64,000 nt of DNA from Tubulanus polymorphus (lineage: Eukaryota > Animalia > Nemertea): contig NC_134027.1 in assembly GCF_964204645.1 (NCBI RefSeq), positions 4,868,485 through 4,932,484 of the forward strand, in the 5' to 3' direction. Positions 26,496 through 40,200 of the stretch are shown here, piece by piece. Every line of letters begins with the position of its first letter. Within the stretch, counting starts at the first letter, position 1. Below the pieces are notes generated by a model. That model saw only the letters and a program-made list of their open reading frames with translations, was not told the DNA's origin and searched no databases. The position numbers and the translations under genes were made by a program.

Positions 26496-27230
26496 CTTCT
26501 CTATGTTCGAGTTCAATCCTAAAAAATTAACAATTTAATCACAGACTATAAATCACATTACGTAAAAAGGTGAAAATTAGTAATATCAGCGTGATATCTG
26601 AGCACTTACCAACACTAGCATACTCTAAATATCACAATCCATCAAACAAATCAGTTGCCATTGATAAAAAAAGGCTGTTAACAACATATTATCGTAAAAA
26701 ACATCGATGTTTTAGCCAGAGGTAAGTTGAATCTCCCGGGTAGATGGCAGCACCTACTGGTGTTGTTGATGCTCGAAGTCCAAAACCTCGTCCTTTGTGT
26801 AAATATGCGCCTTATGTTCCACCATACATACCAGTCAGGAATGCTCCAACTGTATCATTTAACCATAGCCTGGAGGGCTCCCCAAAAGATTATAACCCTA
26901 CACGCAGAAAACCTGACGTTAGCCAAAACTCCAACGGTATTCCACGCCATACCTAAGGAAAATTGTTACAAATAACTCAGCTGATCATCCATGGGCTTCA
27001 GCAGAGGAACTGAGCGAGAATCTGACTAAATGATCAAACAACTTCTAAATTTCTAAACAACTTTACATTCATTTATTCAATTACACACAGAAACTTGGAT
27101 ATAAAGACAAAGCTACACCTAGAACTTGATTTTCAATTGTATTTTGCAAATAAATATAACATTCGTCCTTTTTCGTGATAAGATGTTAACTATAAACGTA
27201 TATGTATTTTTCAACTAGGATTCAACTGTA

Positions 27231-30200
27231 TTATACACGGATCCAGTACATGCTGCTTCGAATTCTATTGTAGTCTGGTAGTTGTTCAATTGGACCTGAA
27301 AAAATAGACATGTACGATTCACAAACCAGACATGCATACCTATGACATCCTCCATTGGGATTTGAACTGATGGCATCAAGAGTGCAAACAATACTCACCA
27401 ATTGCAGCAATAGCTGGGCATTTATCATAGATAAATTTGGTGCAAACCTCTTTGACTTTCTTAGCATCTACTGCCTGTAATTGTAAATGATGCATTGTAT
27501 AACTATCAAGGGCAATATAAATTCCAGAATTATGGACATTTAGGAATATGTAAACTTATCACGTACATCAATTCTAGCTTCTAATTCATGTGCAGGTACA
27601 CGTCTTCCATAACACAACATCTGTCGACCAATGTCCTCACAAATAGGTGTCGATCCATCCAGTTGCAACAACATGTTCGTTCTCAACAAATTCTTGGCTC
27701 GCTGGACTTCAAATTCAGTTACATTATTGCAAAGTCTCATCCTACAAAATCATTAGCGTAAGTTTCATTCAGAAAAATCCGCTTTTCACCTGACATCGGC
27801 AACCAACACGTAACTGGCCAACAAATTGAACTCTCAAAATCAGACCATCATTTAAATTGTGATACTTACCATTCACTTTGAATTTGGAAAATCATGGTGT
27901 CTATTTGTAGGGGATCGCAAATCAAGTAAATACCCCTGAAGTAATCAAAACAAAATGAGTCAAAGAACCGCAGAAATTCTGGTATATCAAGCGTTAACAA
28001 TGACATTCTACGATCCTTCTCTTACCAGAGTCCTGTATCAGTGTAACAAGTGCTGAATGATTGGAAACTGTGACACAGATTACCAGTAGCGCAGTTAGCG
28101 GCCAGTTTACTGCTGAGATGAGGTCCACCACCGTGAGAACGATCCCAGCTTCCGATCAATGAATTAGCGATCATCAACGGGATATTATCAGCATCGTCCC
28201 AACCAGCACCTTCAACGGCCATCGCGATATGAGCGAGTGGCATTCCATCATCTCTGATACGTATCTAATAAAACATCATTCAAGATAAAAATTCTGAGAT
28301 AAATAACCTAGATAAAGTATGGCTGAATGAAAACGTGCGGGTCTCGTACCTCACTACCAGTGTATCTACACGGTGTCACGATAGGAACTTCTCCCTCGAC
28401 GGCTCCAAGTCCCCCAAAATATTTCTCAGCCAAACCGACCAATTCATCGTGATCAACTCCTCCAGCACCCGCCAGTACAATACGAGGTCCCTTATAATGT
28501 GTGTTGATGTACTCCACAAGATCACCTTTTTTAATTGACCTGAAGAAGCATCAATGGAATTATCACTTTACACACCTTTTGATATATTTCTCATGGATAA
28601 GATTCATAGGTTCTTAATAGACTTACTTAATGTTGTCGGTAGGGCCTAAGATTGTGCGTCCCAGAGGTGTGCCCTGGAAAGCTGTTGAATGAAGATGATC
28701 GAAGATAACTTCTTGCAGATTTGTTTCAACTTCCTAAAAAGTAAGAGTTACCAGATGTTCAATGTAATTACATAGATAAACCCGCAATTTATTGGTTTAA
28801 GATATTGTGTGATATCGAAGCAGTACGTACCTGCATCTCTCTTAGAATAACGCTTCTTTCTCTGTCAATAGCTGATTCCTCTAATTTACTATTCTGTGTG
28901 ATGTCGGATAAGATGTCCACAGCTACAAAAAGAAGATGACAACTTTTTAATATCTCTTTATATTCAACTTTTTAATAGTAAACTATAAGGAACGTAAGTG
29001 ACAAAATCAGCAGTTCTCATTAATTCTACCTTTTTCGAGATCTTGAGAAAAGCACTTCGCATAGTAAACAGTTTGTTCCCGGGATGTGTACGCGTTTAAA
29101 TGTGCTCCCATATTCTCAATTTCTAATTCCAAGTGTGTCTGAGAACGCTTCGAGGTACCCTGGAAATATTCATTCATGCTACCGTTGAACGTTATATGAT
29201 TTCAATGTGAATCCGAGCTACGAGTTTCTAATCGTCAACAATTTTACCTTGAACGCCATATGTTCTAAGAAATGAGCAACTCCATTGTTCTTAGCATTTT
29301 CGAATCGACTTCCAGCATCAATCCAAATACCAACCTTGATGAAAAACGGAGAGTGCAAAGAATTATACGATATATTTATGTACCCAGTAAATAACAAGGG
29401 AAGTTCCAAACTGAGTTAGCTAATACATACAGTGGCTGTTGAAATACCAGAATCTTCCGTGGCTACACGTAACCCGTTCTTCAAAGTTGTTACTTTGGTC
29501 TCCGGTACATTCAATTGTACGGCTTCATTCGTTGATTGCCATCTTTGCGAAACTATCACCGGTAGGCGATTCTAGAATATATAAAAACACACGGTTTTAT
29601 TCATTTAGGAGAAAAGCTAACAAAACCCTCTCAGGTGTGTTATTAAGGAATTGTTGAAGTACTAAGGACAATGTGTTCAGTATGTAAAAAATACAGGCAG
29701 TTTGAAATGATGGTCTGGTGCCAGAGGTAGTCAGTAACCTGCCGGTGGTTAAGTTTTACGATCGCATATTTTCACAAGCCATATACAAGCCTATTTGATT
29801 ATAAAAGCTTACCACCAACGATTGGGTAACTAACTAGTACCAGTGGTAGAATGGTGCACTAGCACATAGCAGATTGTGGATTCAAAACTCAATACAGGAA
29901 TAATGCCTATTACAAATATTCACTTCCTGAATGATCTTATATATTGATATGATCGGGGAGGGGAGGGAGTACGAAAGTCAGTGGATAGAAATCATAAAAG
30001 AACGCCAGCCCATGCTGAAGCTAAGCATTTATTTCCCCACACACTTAAAGGAAAGGGAGTTTCTCTTTAGTCGGTTCACTGGATCATTATCTATGAAATA
30101 ATCAAAGTATTGGATTGAGTACTTGTACTATAATTCGACAAAATTACATAATGACCGACAGATGGCGTACTTTTCACATTTCTATTCCATTACTAAGTCC

Positions 30201-30367
30201 AATTTTGTACAATTCAAGCGCTTAATTCAAAGGAAATCAATGTAAATACGATTTAATCGATGTATTTTTGTTGACTGATGTATGATTCAAACCATAACAC
30301 GTACCTGAGTTACTTTACTGAGGTAATTGTGAAGTGAGGGGACAACCTTCCAAAGTCGAGTCGCCAT
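27231..30367 (-). CDS. PMPCB: Mitochondrial-processing peptidase subunit beta (M16 family), multi-exon
   Basis: Presequence-like start [18 protein letters not shown]. Conserved segments [29 protein letters not shown] (intact HxxEH), [38 protein letters not shown], and C-terminus [21 protein letters not shown]. Confidence 0.96.
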
Positions 30368-31274
30368 TTTGCTAAGGAAATGGAATAGGCAGAAAACGCG
30401 GATAGCTATTTGGATTGACGGACTGACGACATCGATCAATTTAAACTCTATCGCTCTTTATGTGAAATACAAAATATCGGATAAAAGCAAAAGTAGCAAT
30501 TAGTATATAACATAGAACACACTACTGTGAGGCAGAAACTTGACGAACTAAAATGGAATACCAGTTAGTCTGAGTCCCAAACCGTCATTTGCGCCCCAAT
30601 GGTTTATTCTACAACGAAAACTTGTGATAGGGTTGCGGTGGCTGCACAAAAACATCAAAGTCAATGAAGAAAAGCATTTGTTACAATCTATCGATCCTGT
30701 TAAACTCAAATTTAGCTCATTTATATGGTTTTGTGTAAATTTAGCGAAGTCATTCAGGATTTTTATTTCCTTTAGTTAAAGCGCGTACGACGTTTCGGCA
30801 TTTAATTTTAACTCAACACAAAATGGTTGCCGAAGAAAGAAATAAATGCATTATGATCTGACATTTCGGCGAAAAGCTGCGTACATATTCGCATTTATTA
30901 CTCATTATTGAGATTTGAACGAAGATGTTGTGGTAGGTTATGATATTTATGTTGAATAACTATGTTTTGCACTTACGAGATCGCGGAATAATTACCGGTA
31001 TTGAAAATTTATGAGTATGAGTCAACTGGTCAAAAGAAAAGTGTCCGACTCCAACTCTTCCTCTCTCGTCTCAGCTCAGCCTCCACTCCTCCATCTCCGC
31101 TCCAGTCTTATACTCCTAGTCTGAGTGCAGCTCCTGACTGGCCTCTCAATTGTGAGATTATTCTGTCAGGCATACTCTGCATTGGAACCTAAATGCAAAT
31201 GTATTCTAACTATTTTGCATCTGAATTTAATATTATATTCTTGTATTTGCAGTTACTTTTGACAGACCTTGAGA

Positions 31275-34200
31275 ATGTGGTACTTTGTATTTGTAATTGT
31301 TTTATCTTGGCACCAGTCGGTTGCTTATCCAGCAGGTAAAAATTTAACACTTTTAATTGATAATCGTCTAAAGTTTGATTTGATGAATTCATGATGCTGA
31401 ATGAGTATTCCGAATTCTGAATTGCAGGAACTAAATCTCCAGTCCGATGGCGTGTCAAGCAAACTGTCATAGTTGACATCCCTACCCTATCAAAAACAAA
31501 AAATCTAATGCGTGTGGTTTGGAAGTTTGGGCCAGAACTAAGAGACGTTGCAGAATGGACTACAGGCGAGGGATTTATTAGGTCGACAGATCAAACATTC
31601 AACCCACGGATATCGATGTCAAAAAATTATTCATTGATCATAAGGAACGCAGAGTTAACGGATACCGGGAGTTATACGTATATAGTTGAACGAGCTAACA
31701 ACTCTTATAAACTTACTGACGAAGAATTGATCATCGTCGAAGGTAAATATGTCCAATCTTAATTCCGATCAGACCTATGTGACCTGGAAAACCTGGATAA
31801 CTCGCGGAATGAAAAAAATTCTGAAAAACATGAAATTTTCTGCAAAACTTTGGATATGTTATGAGAATTTGGATATGTTATTGACCACGGGCTTCTTTAG
31901 CGATACTTGATTCATGAAAAATGAATAAATTGTAACATTTTAAACCAAGAAATTTACTCAGGGAATTTTGTATTATAACATGGAAAACTCAGGGAATTTG
32001 TTAATTGGCAGAAAGTAGCCACCTTGATGTAAGGTTATTGCAGAAAATTGTATTTGTGTTTGGAAATCAATTTTAGTTGTTTTGAGTGTAGATTTTATTT
32101 ATTGTATTGCAGATAAGCCTAGTGCGCCAACGCAAGTGAAATTAACTGCCAAAGAACCGTACAATTTGTTATTGGAATGGAAGGGCAGCGATAACCATAA
32201 CAGCAAAATTCAGCAGTATATCGTAACAATTAGGTAGCTGTTACTTCCTAAAATCCTTTGAGTGAATTTGATTGATGAAGGAATGTTTACTATTTGCACG
32301 AAATTTTGTGCTTATTAGTAATCATCATTGTTTTATCATGGTTTTATCTAAGTATTGAAACCTTAATGAATTCTGTGTCGTTGTTTTCTGTAGGACTCTA
32401 GAGGACAGTTGGGATTCGAGCCGTCGATACTACTATACCGCTGATGATTTGAAGTCTGATTATGCTTACAGTATTCCGAATCTCAAACCGTTCACTGACT
32501 ATCAGGCTAGAGTTTCAGCTTTAAACGGAGTAGGCGAGAGTGACAGCAGTCTTGACACTGATGTGGTGAAGACGATGCAAGGAGGTGAACTTACTAAACT
32601 ATAACGTTATCGGTGGTGTTATGGTCTTGAATTGCGAGTGATCAGTTCGATCAAATTAATCTCATCGAAATATCGTTATCATTGTAGTACCATCAAGTCC
32701 TCCGATCATTGATTGGTTCGCTGTCAAAAATACGAGTGTCCACCTCATATGGAAACCTCCACCACCAAACACTATCCATGGTATCATGGAGGGATATGTG
32801 CTCAGTTATGTGCTCAAAACGAGTTCGAGAAGTGAAGCTGTCAAATTAGAAATGAATTATGGTGTAAATACTTCAATGACATATTCGCTGATAGGAAAAG
32901 ATGTAAGTTATGCAATTCTTCTAGATATTTTGATTTAGATAGTGGTATGGCGATGTGAAAATCTTTAAGGATATGAATGTTCGTCAATTGTTGATATTTA
33001 TTTGTAGCCTGTGTCCGATAAGTTTATAGAAGAGTATGAAATTAAGGGACTATTATCTTATCGTGTATATAATATAAGTGTACGAGTTAAAAATGGATAT
33101 CAAGTCGGTCCTCCAGCGACTAAAACAATCAGAACTCTACCTGGAGGTAAGTCGACCAGAACGAATGAGCCAGCCATGGTTGCTGTGTGTAGGAGCTAAC
33201 TGCCCCCTTATCCCTTGAAGGTTCTCTTTCTGGTTATCCGCTCTTATTTCATTATCGAACTTCATTTCAGTTCCATCAGAACCAACGATTTATCACGTTT
33301 CTGATCAAACCTGGCATAGTTTCCGCGTTCAGTGGACTGAGCCTGTATTTCCAAACGGTGTTATTCAAGGCTACAAGTTATACTGGACGAGTAAAGGAAC
33401 TGATACTGGTTGGGAAGGTATTGATGTCGATGGTACCTCACCTCAGATGCATGCATTTGTTAAGAATTTAGGTAAGTCGTCGACTATCAAAATTCTACGT
33501 GTTCTGGATGGACCGTGCCCAGGTAATCGCTTTCAAGAAGTAAAGCTATTCGAGATGTGAAAAATATATTTCAGAACCAAAGACGTATTATCGATTGGCT
33601 GTAGCGGCTCGTACAAAACAAGGATATAGTGCAAATAGCTCAATATATGATGCAATGACTGATATAAAAGGTTAGAAAATAAGTGATGCATAGACAGGGT
33701 GGGCATTTACCTGGAAATTCTGGAAAAAGTCAAGGAATTCTCCTTCGAAAAGTCAGGGAACAGTCGGGGAATTTTGTGTAAAGCTAAAAACGTGCATGTC
33801 AGGGGTATAGTCAAATGAAAAGTGAAGTCAAATAAAAGTGGCTGCCCTGATAGATCATTTCAGTTTGATAAATGTTCTCAAGAAATTCTTGTTTTATTTG
33901 ATGATTTGTTGTATTTTATTCAAGGTCCATCTGCGCCGGTTATTTTAAATATAACGGCGAACGCCACGAGTCGTAGTATCCGCGTCAGGTGGAGACGACC
34001 GGAGGTTTTCGGCGAACGAATCGATCGATATCAAATTGTGTATGAACGCGTTCAGTCTCGTGTTCATATGATCATTCAAGGAGATCTGACTGAACAGGAT
34101 GTGATACAGGTATATACAATACCGGCGGTAATACAATACTATATAAACTTGAAGCAATATCACTAACAACAACACCGATGTTTCTTATTTTTTTTATGCG

Positions 34201-37200
34201 CCAAACAAATTAGCTTACTGATTCCATTCAAAGTTGTTGACAAGATGGGTGGTCGGACAAATTCAAGTACCTTCAGTTGATTGAAGAAATGTAGCTAATG
34301 CTATTGGCTTTGTATTTATTTTTCAGGCTGATATTACCAATTTGTCCCCAAATAAATGGTACAAGGTATCAGTGTTCGGCGAGGCAAAGAGTATGTTTCA
34401 TCGCGGTCAGTACTATCCAGGACAGTACTCTGAAAAAGTTGAAGTTTTCTTGCGAGGTATGTATTTCTCACTTATAGAACAGGTAGGGCACAAAATTGTT
34501 ATTTTGATGATTCACAGGTTTCTATTTCGCCTATTTTCAGGTTTAGTAAAACAAAACGATGAGACATCAAACAATACTGCTGTGGTTGCTGTCAGCATTG
34601 TGCTCTGTGTTCTGATAATTGCTATTCTTATCGCCGTTGCTATTGTTTTAAGGTGCGTTTTAGATAATGTGTAGTAATTTATTCAAAAATATCCGATTTC
34701 ATAACATAGGAACCTCCTTACTGTGTTGTCCGCTCTCAATTGAAATCAGTTATTGTTCTTTTTCAGACGATACTGGAGACAATATCCTCAATCTACACCT
34801 CTCGTCAAGTCAACTATTGTGGCTCTAGGAACGTATGGTATGTATAAAAAGGCGCTGCTCATTAAATGACAAATTCAAACCCCTGAGAACAGCAGAAATT
34901 ATTTCGATGTTCCTAGCTGTTCCTTACTCATAGCATCATATATTCTTATATACTGCACTGTTCTTAGTATTTTCTCTCATTGATCTTTTCACATGAAAAG
35001 TTTACAAAATTGGAAAATCTCTGTACAAAATATTACAGCGATACGTTCTTCAGATGTTGTTGGCATTCACGCGTACTGTGTAAGTCGCACGCTGTGATGA
35101 TGAATTTCATATCTGTCTCTAGATCGTCTGCATCCAGTGTTTTATCTCTTCGATTTATACGCGTACAAACAGCTAATTCCGTGAAAATCTCTTCGAATCG
35201 CTTTAATCTTTGAATACCGTGTGACTTGTAGATCTAGTCATCTGTTGTACGTGTGTATATTTCGATTGTTGCTTGCATACGGTTGCAGATCTTTGGGCTG
35301 TAATGAATATATACGCGTACATGTTATGATATGCATTTCATTCATGTGATCTCTTCGACTAACAAAAATCAATGAAATCCTGAATATTCCAAGTTTTAAG
35401 TGTTAAATCTTTTGTGATACTTGCAGACAAAATTGCTAATAAACCAGGTAAGAATAGTCGTGTTGTTTTACTCCTTATTTTAATAATCTTGTAACATCTT
35501 TACTTACCGACACAGTCTAGTTCTGGTAATTCAAAACCTGAACTAAGTTTTGAATTACATTGATAATGTTGTTTATATTTAGTTACAATATTTTCTCTAC
35601 CCTCTAAGTCCGTGAAAACAAAATCCCTATTGCTTTTCATTTATGTTTTCCATTGATAGTTCTTCTATTTAATCTTTAAAATAAAACACGCATTACACTC
35701 ACATAGCAAATTGTTAGAAGTTTAATTTTTAAGGGGTTGGCTTTAGATTAAATTTGCAGAGAAAATCAATAATACATTAACCAAACTAAGAAATATTCAT
35801 ATTATTTCATTCTTCTTCTTCTCTCATGTCTTCTGTGGTTGGCGGTAGTATAACCTATTAGTATTTGATGGTCAGATTCCTAAGCCTGGCAGGCAGCAGT
35901 TTTGAGGATAAATCTAACTTCCTGGTTTATGATTTCATCAGTATATATTTATTCAGTGCTCTTTACGTTCATTGAATTGAAACTGAACCAATTATCATAA
36001 CCAGTATTCTCGTATCTATCATTTTCACTAACGAGCAAAATACACACTTTCAGGATGGGTGAAATTACTTTAAAGTGAGACCAGGAAGTGGAAAGCAAGT
36101 TCCATACATTAGTCAGTGGATCAATCAAAGAAGATAAAATTAAATATTGTCATTTAACGATTTCAGTCGATGTCATTTATAAAAACGTTTATAGTAGACA
36201 AAAACTTAGATAAAAAAGAATTAAATTCCCATGCAGTGGCATCATTGAGGTAAATAATGGTTTGGATATCGAAGAATGTAAACCCCTTAGGATATTCTAC
36301 ACATATTTCTGGTCTTGTGCGCCAAATTTGGCAAATGTCGTGGCTGAAGAGGAGTTGCGTGACAAACATTTTCTCACCACTGTCAATTATAGCAAGATGC
36401 AATTTAACCAATTAATAGTTATATTTGGCTATGATTATAGATGAAGTGGAGGTTTTCGGGGCTCTTAGTGTTAGTAGAATTTTACTGCGTAAGTTCAGTG
36501 GGTGAAATTATTACAGATTGGGACATTCTTGAAAAGACTCAGCTCCGTGACTATTGACTTGAATCTTATTTATTCATCGAATATACTTGTAGTATTTTCA
36601 TGCTATTCACTATCGATCTATCAGTTGTAATGATGTATGTTGCTTTCAGGTCCAGGAACTGACCAACTGTGTGTATCTTACACTGATAATAATGTACAAC
36701 ATAAACCTGGTAAAAATCCTATCTAACCGTAACACACTTTTACACTATAGCATCCATCTGTTCTCTTTATTATGTACATTACATTCTCTTGTTGGTCTCG
36801 TGGTTTCATGACATTTGAATTCTTGATCGTTGCTGGAACATGTCGAATCTTTTACCAGCATGTGAAGTCAACTGCTGTTTTAAGACTATTTAGAATGAAG
36901 TATGCATAAGAGAATAAGATGTTATTCAGAAATATTTCTGGGGCTATGGGTTCTGTGTTGTGGTGTTTGTCAATTGTTATGTTTTCATTCAAATAAGAAA
37001 GGACAAGTCTCCTTGTATTTATCTTACACAATGCACTCTTTTATTTCTAATTTAAGATAAATGTTGTGTTGGGCCCAAATTGTGTGCTTATTTTTGTAGC
37101 TTTTCCATTTTTCTTTACGCATGCAAATATAAATTAATCTTATTAATAGGTTTCGACCTGCAACATAGTTTTTCAATTGCAAAGTTTGGACATCCTGAAG

Positions 37201-40200
37201 GAACCCGATTTTTCTGATTTTCCAAAATTTGAGAAAATTTTGTTTACTGGCCACTTGTCATTAATGCTGTATCATGAAGAATAATGCTATGTTTTTATTC
37301 TTGGGTTCCAATAAACCGGATTTATTTCATTTGTCCCAATGATACAGATTAAGGCAGGTTTCAAATGAACATACTTTGGTTTCAGTTCAGGATTGTATAA
37401 ACTCTACCTGCCTTCTATCATGTTTACAGATTATGTTATTCCAGAAAAAGTAGAATGTATTGTGGTTGAAACAAATGCTCTAGAAAAGAGACCAATCAAA
37501 ACCTGCCTTAGTAGAATCGACTCTATTTATCAGACCAATACTGATAAACTAATGGAGAGTATTGTTCGGTTGTTCCTTTTAGAAAGTTTACATTGCTTCG
37601 AAAGGATGGTTCACAGTATTTTAGAATTTCTGATAATTTAATTCAGTCATTTGACCCATATGTATGCGGGTAATGTGATAATATGAAAATTAGTTTTCAG
37701 ATCTTGTGTAAATCATAACTTCCTCATGTATTCATAACTGTATTGCGCAAATCATTTCATTCTGATATTTCACACACTGAAATGAAGCTGTCGTTGTCCT
37801 TTGGTTTATGAAATCAAAATCGATTGAATTCGCACATTTTCTTGTGATTGATAATATGATGAATTTGGAATATAATCCGCGTGTTTATGAAAAGTTACGC
37901 AAGAGAAACCAAAATTAGTTTGTGTATAACATTGGCATGTTCGGAATTAATGTATAGATGTGTGGAATATATAAGGAAGAATGTATTGTATTTGTTTGGT
38001 CAGTGTACACTCGGATTAGACATTATCTAGCATGGATTCATGGAACGATGTGTTCATTGTTATGTTTTTTCTCGGAGCCGGAGTTGGAAGAAGATTCGTC
38101 TTCAGATGATCTTTTGCAATCCCGCTCTAATTTCTATGTGCAAACCGAATGTGATGATGATATTGAAATTCTAGATGAAACTCTTGTTTCAGAACTTGAC
38201 ATTTCATCACCGTGTACGGATTTACTTTTTATTCATTATCAAAATTCTAATTGCTTGAATAACTTGACTAGGATTAAAACTTTTATGCGAATTTCGATTA
38301 TTTTGCATTTTTGTGTCCTAAAGCTAAACAGCTGGCTTTTTTCTCCATTTGTTAGATGAATCTGATGGTCATGGTGCTATTGAGGTAAAGGATTTCCCGA
38401 AACATGTTGCAAAACTTCACCAGGACAGTGATATGGGATTTTCGCAGGAATATGAGGTGGGCTTGGATTGAAGTGTTTTTTCGAGTACTGTAGCCTAATT
38501 TGTAATTGCTTCATGCTTTGAATAATACGTGATGCTTTTTTCTATTGTATACTTTTAGGAGCTCCATGCAAGTGGGAGAACTGATCTAACTTATGCTCAT
38601 TCAACCGATACTGAAAATAGGGATAAAAACAGATACACCAATATAAATGCTTGTAAGGGAACCATGAAAGCACATTTACCGTAAGATTGCTTTGAAATGG
38701 AATCATTTTCCACTCAATAATTCTCTCAATATGTTTCAGATGACCACAGCAGAGTTGTATTAGGTCCATTAGGTGGTGATAAAAAACACAGTGACTACAT
38801 AAATGGCAATTTTGTAGATGTAAGTACAAAACACCTGATTTATCCTGGAAAATGGAAAGAAATGAATTTGTTTGAATTTTTGTTGATAGGGTTATCATAA
38901 GGAAAAGGCTTACATAGGAACCCAAGGACCAATGCCTCATACTTTCTCAGACTTTTGGCAGATGATCTGGGAACAGAACTGCACTGTTATTGTGATGATA
39001 ACAAATCTAGTTGAAAAAGGAAAGGTAAGCAAACAAAAGGTTGATAGATTCCTGCAATCGAATATTATGATAAGTAAATGGGTTATTTCAATGCTAATGT
39101 ATACCTGATTGTTGTACATTGTGATGTTGATTGTATGTGTTTTTTTTTTCAGTTAAAATGTGATCAATACTGGCCATCAGAAGGTAATACCACGTACGGT
39201 TTTATTCAAGTGAAACTGTTAACAACTGATGTAAAAGCTCATTACACAATACGGCGGTTTACTGTGAAAAATGTGCGGCACAAAAAGGTAGGTATCTGAA
39301 CATGTAAACACTACCAGCTAATTTCAATCCAAAACTGTAAAATAACTTCGGTCTCGGTCTCTAACAATCATTATTATGTTTTCCAGCACCGTGGGAATGA
39401 GCGAATTGTGTATCAATATCATTACACCGATTGGCCCGATTTCGGTGTTCCTGATTATACATTACCGGTGTTAAGACTAGTCAGAGAATCATCAGCCATG
39501 AATTCTGAGACATCTGGTCCAATTGTTGTTCACTGCAGGTGATTATTACCCGCCGTTCTAAACATATCAATTACTTTTGGTTGAAAGGATGAGTCATGTA
39601 TATGCCCCAATGGGATTCAAATAAAACAAAGAGGTTAGTTTCATGTTCAATGAACTAGGGTTTTGATGAATTTATTTTATCGTATGTTTACTACAGTGCT
39701 GGTGTAGGACGTACAGGAACGTATATAGTGTTGGACAGTATGATGCGACAGATAAGAGATAAAGGAACGGTTAATGTATTTGGGTTCCTCCAACACATTC
39801 GAAATCAAAGGAATTATCTTGTACAAAGAGAGGTGACTTATTTTCGTTTTTTCGGTGTTTCTGTAGCGTCTGAAGTTAAAACATATAAACACAAATTAGT
39901 CGAAACATAAAACATATAACTTAGAACCAGAATCAACTGGACAAACATAACCGTATATATTTGTCTTCAGATCCAGTATGTTTTTATCCACGATGCTTTA
40001 TTGGAGTTTGTCCTGAATGGTGGTGAAACTGAAGTGATAGCTCGAGATCTGAGCATGTATGTACTGCACATAAATGATACATCAGAGACGGATGAGCTTA
40101 CTCCATTCCAGAAACAATTTCAGTTGATTACCTCTTATAAACCTAAAGAGTATGACATGGCCGCAGCTCTCAAACCGTTCAATAAGGCAAAAAATCGACA

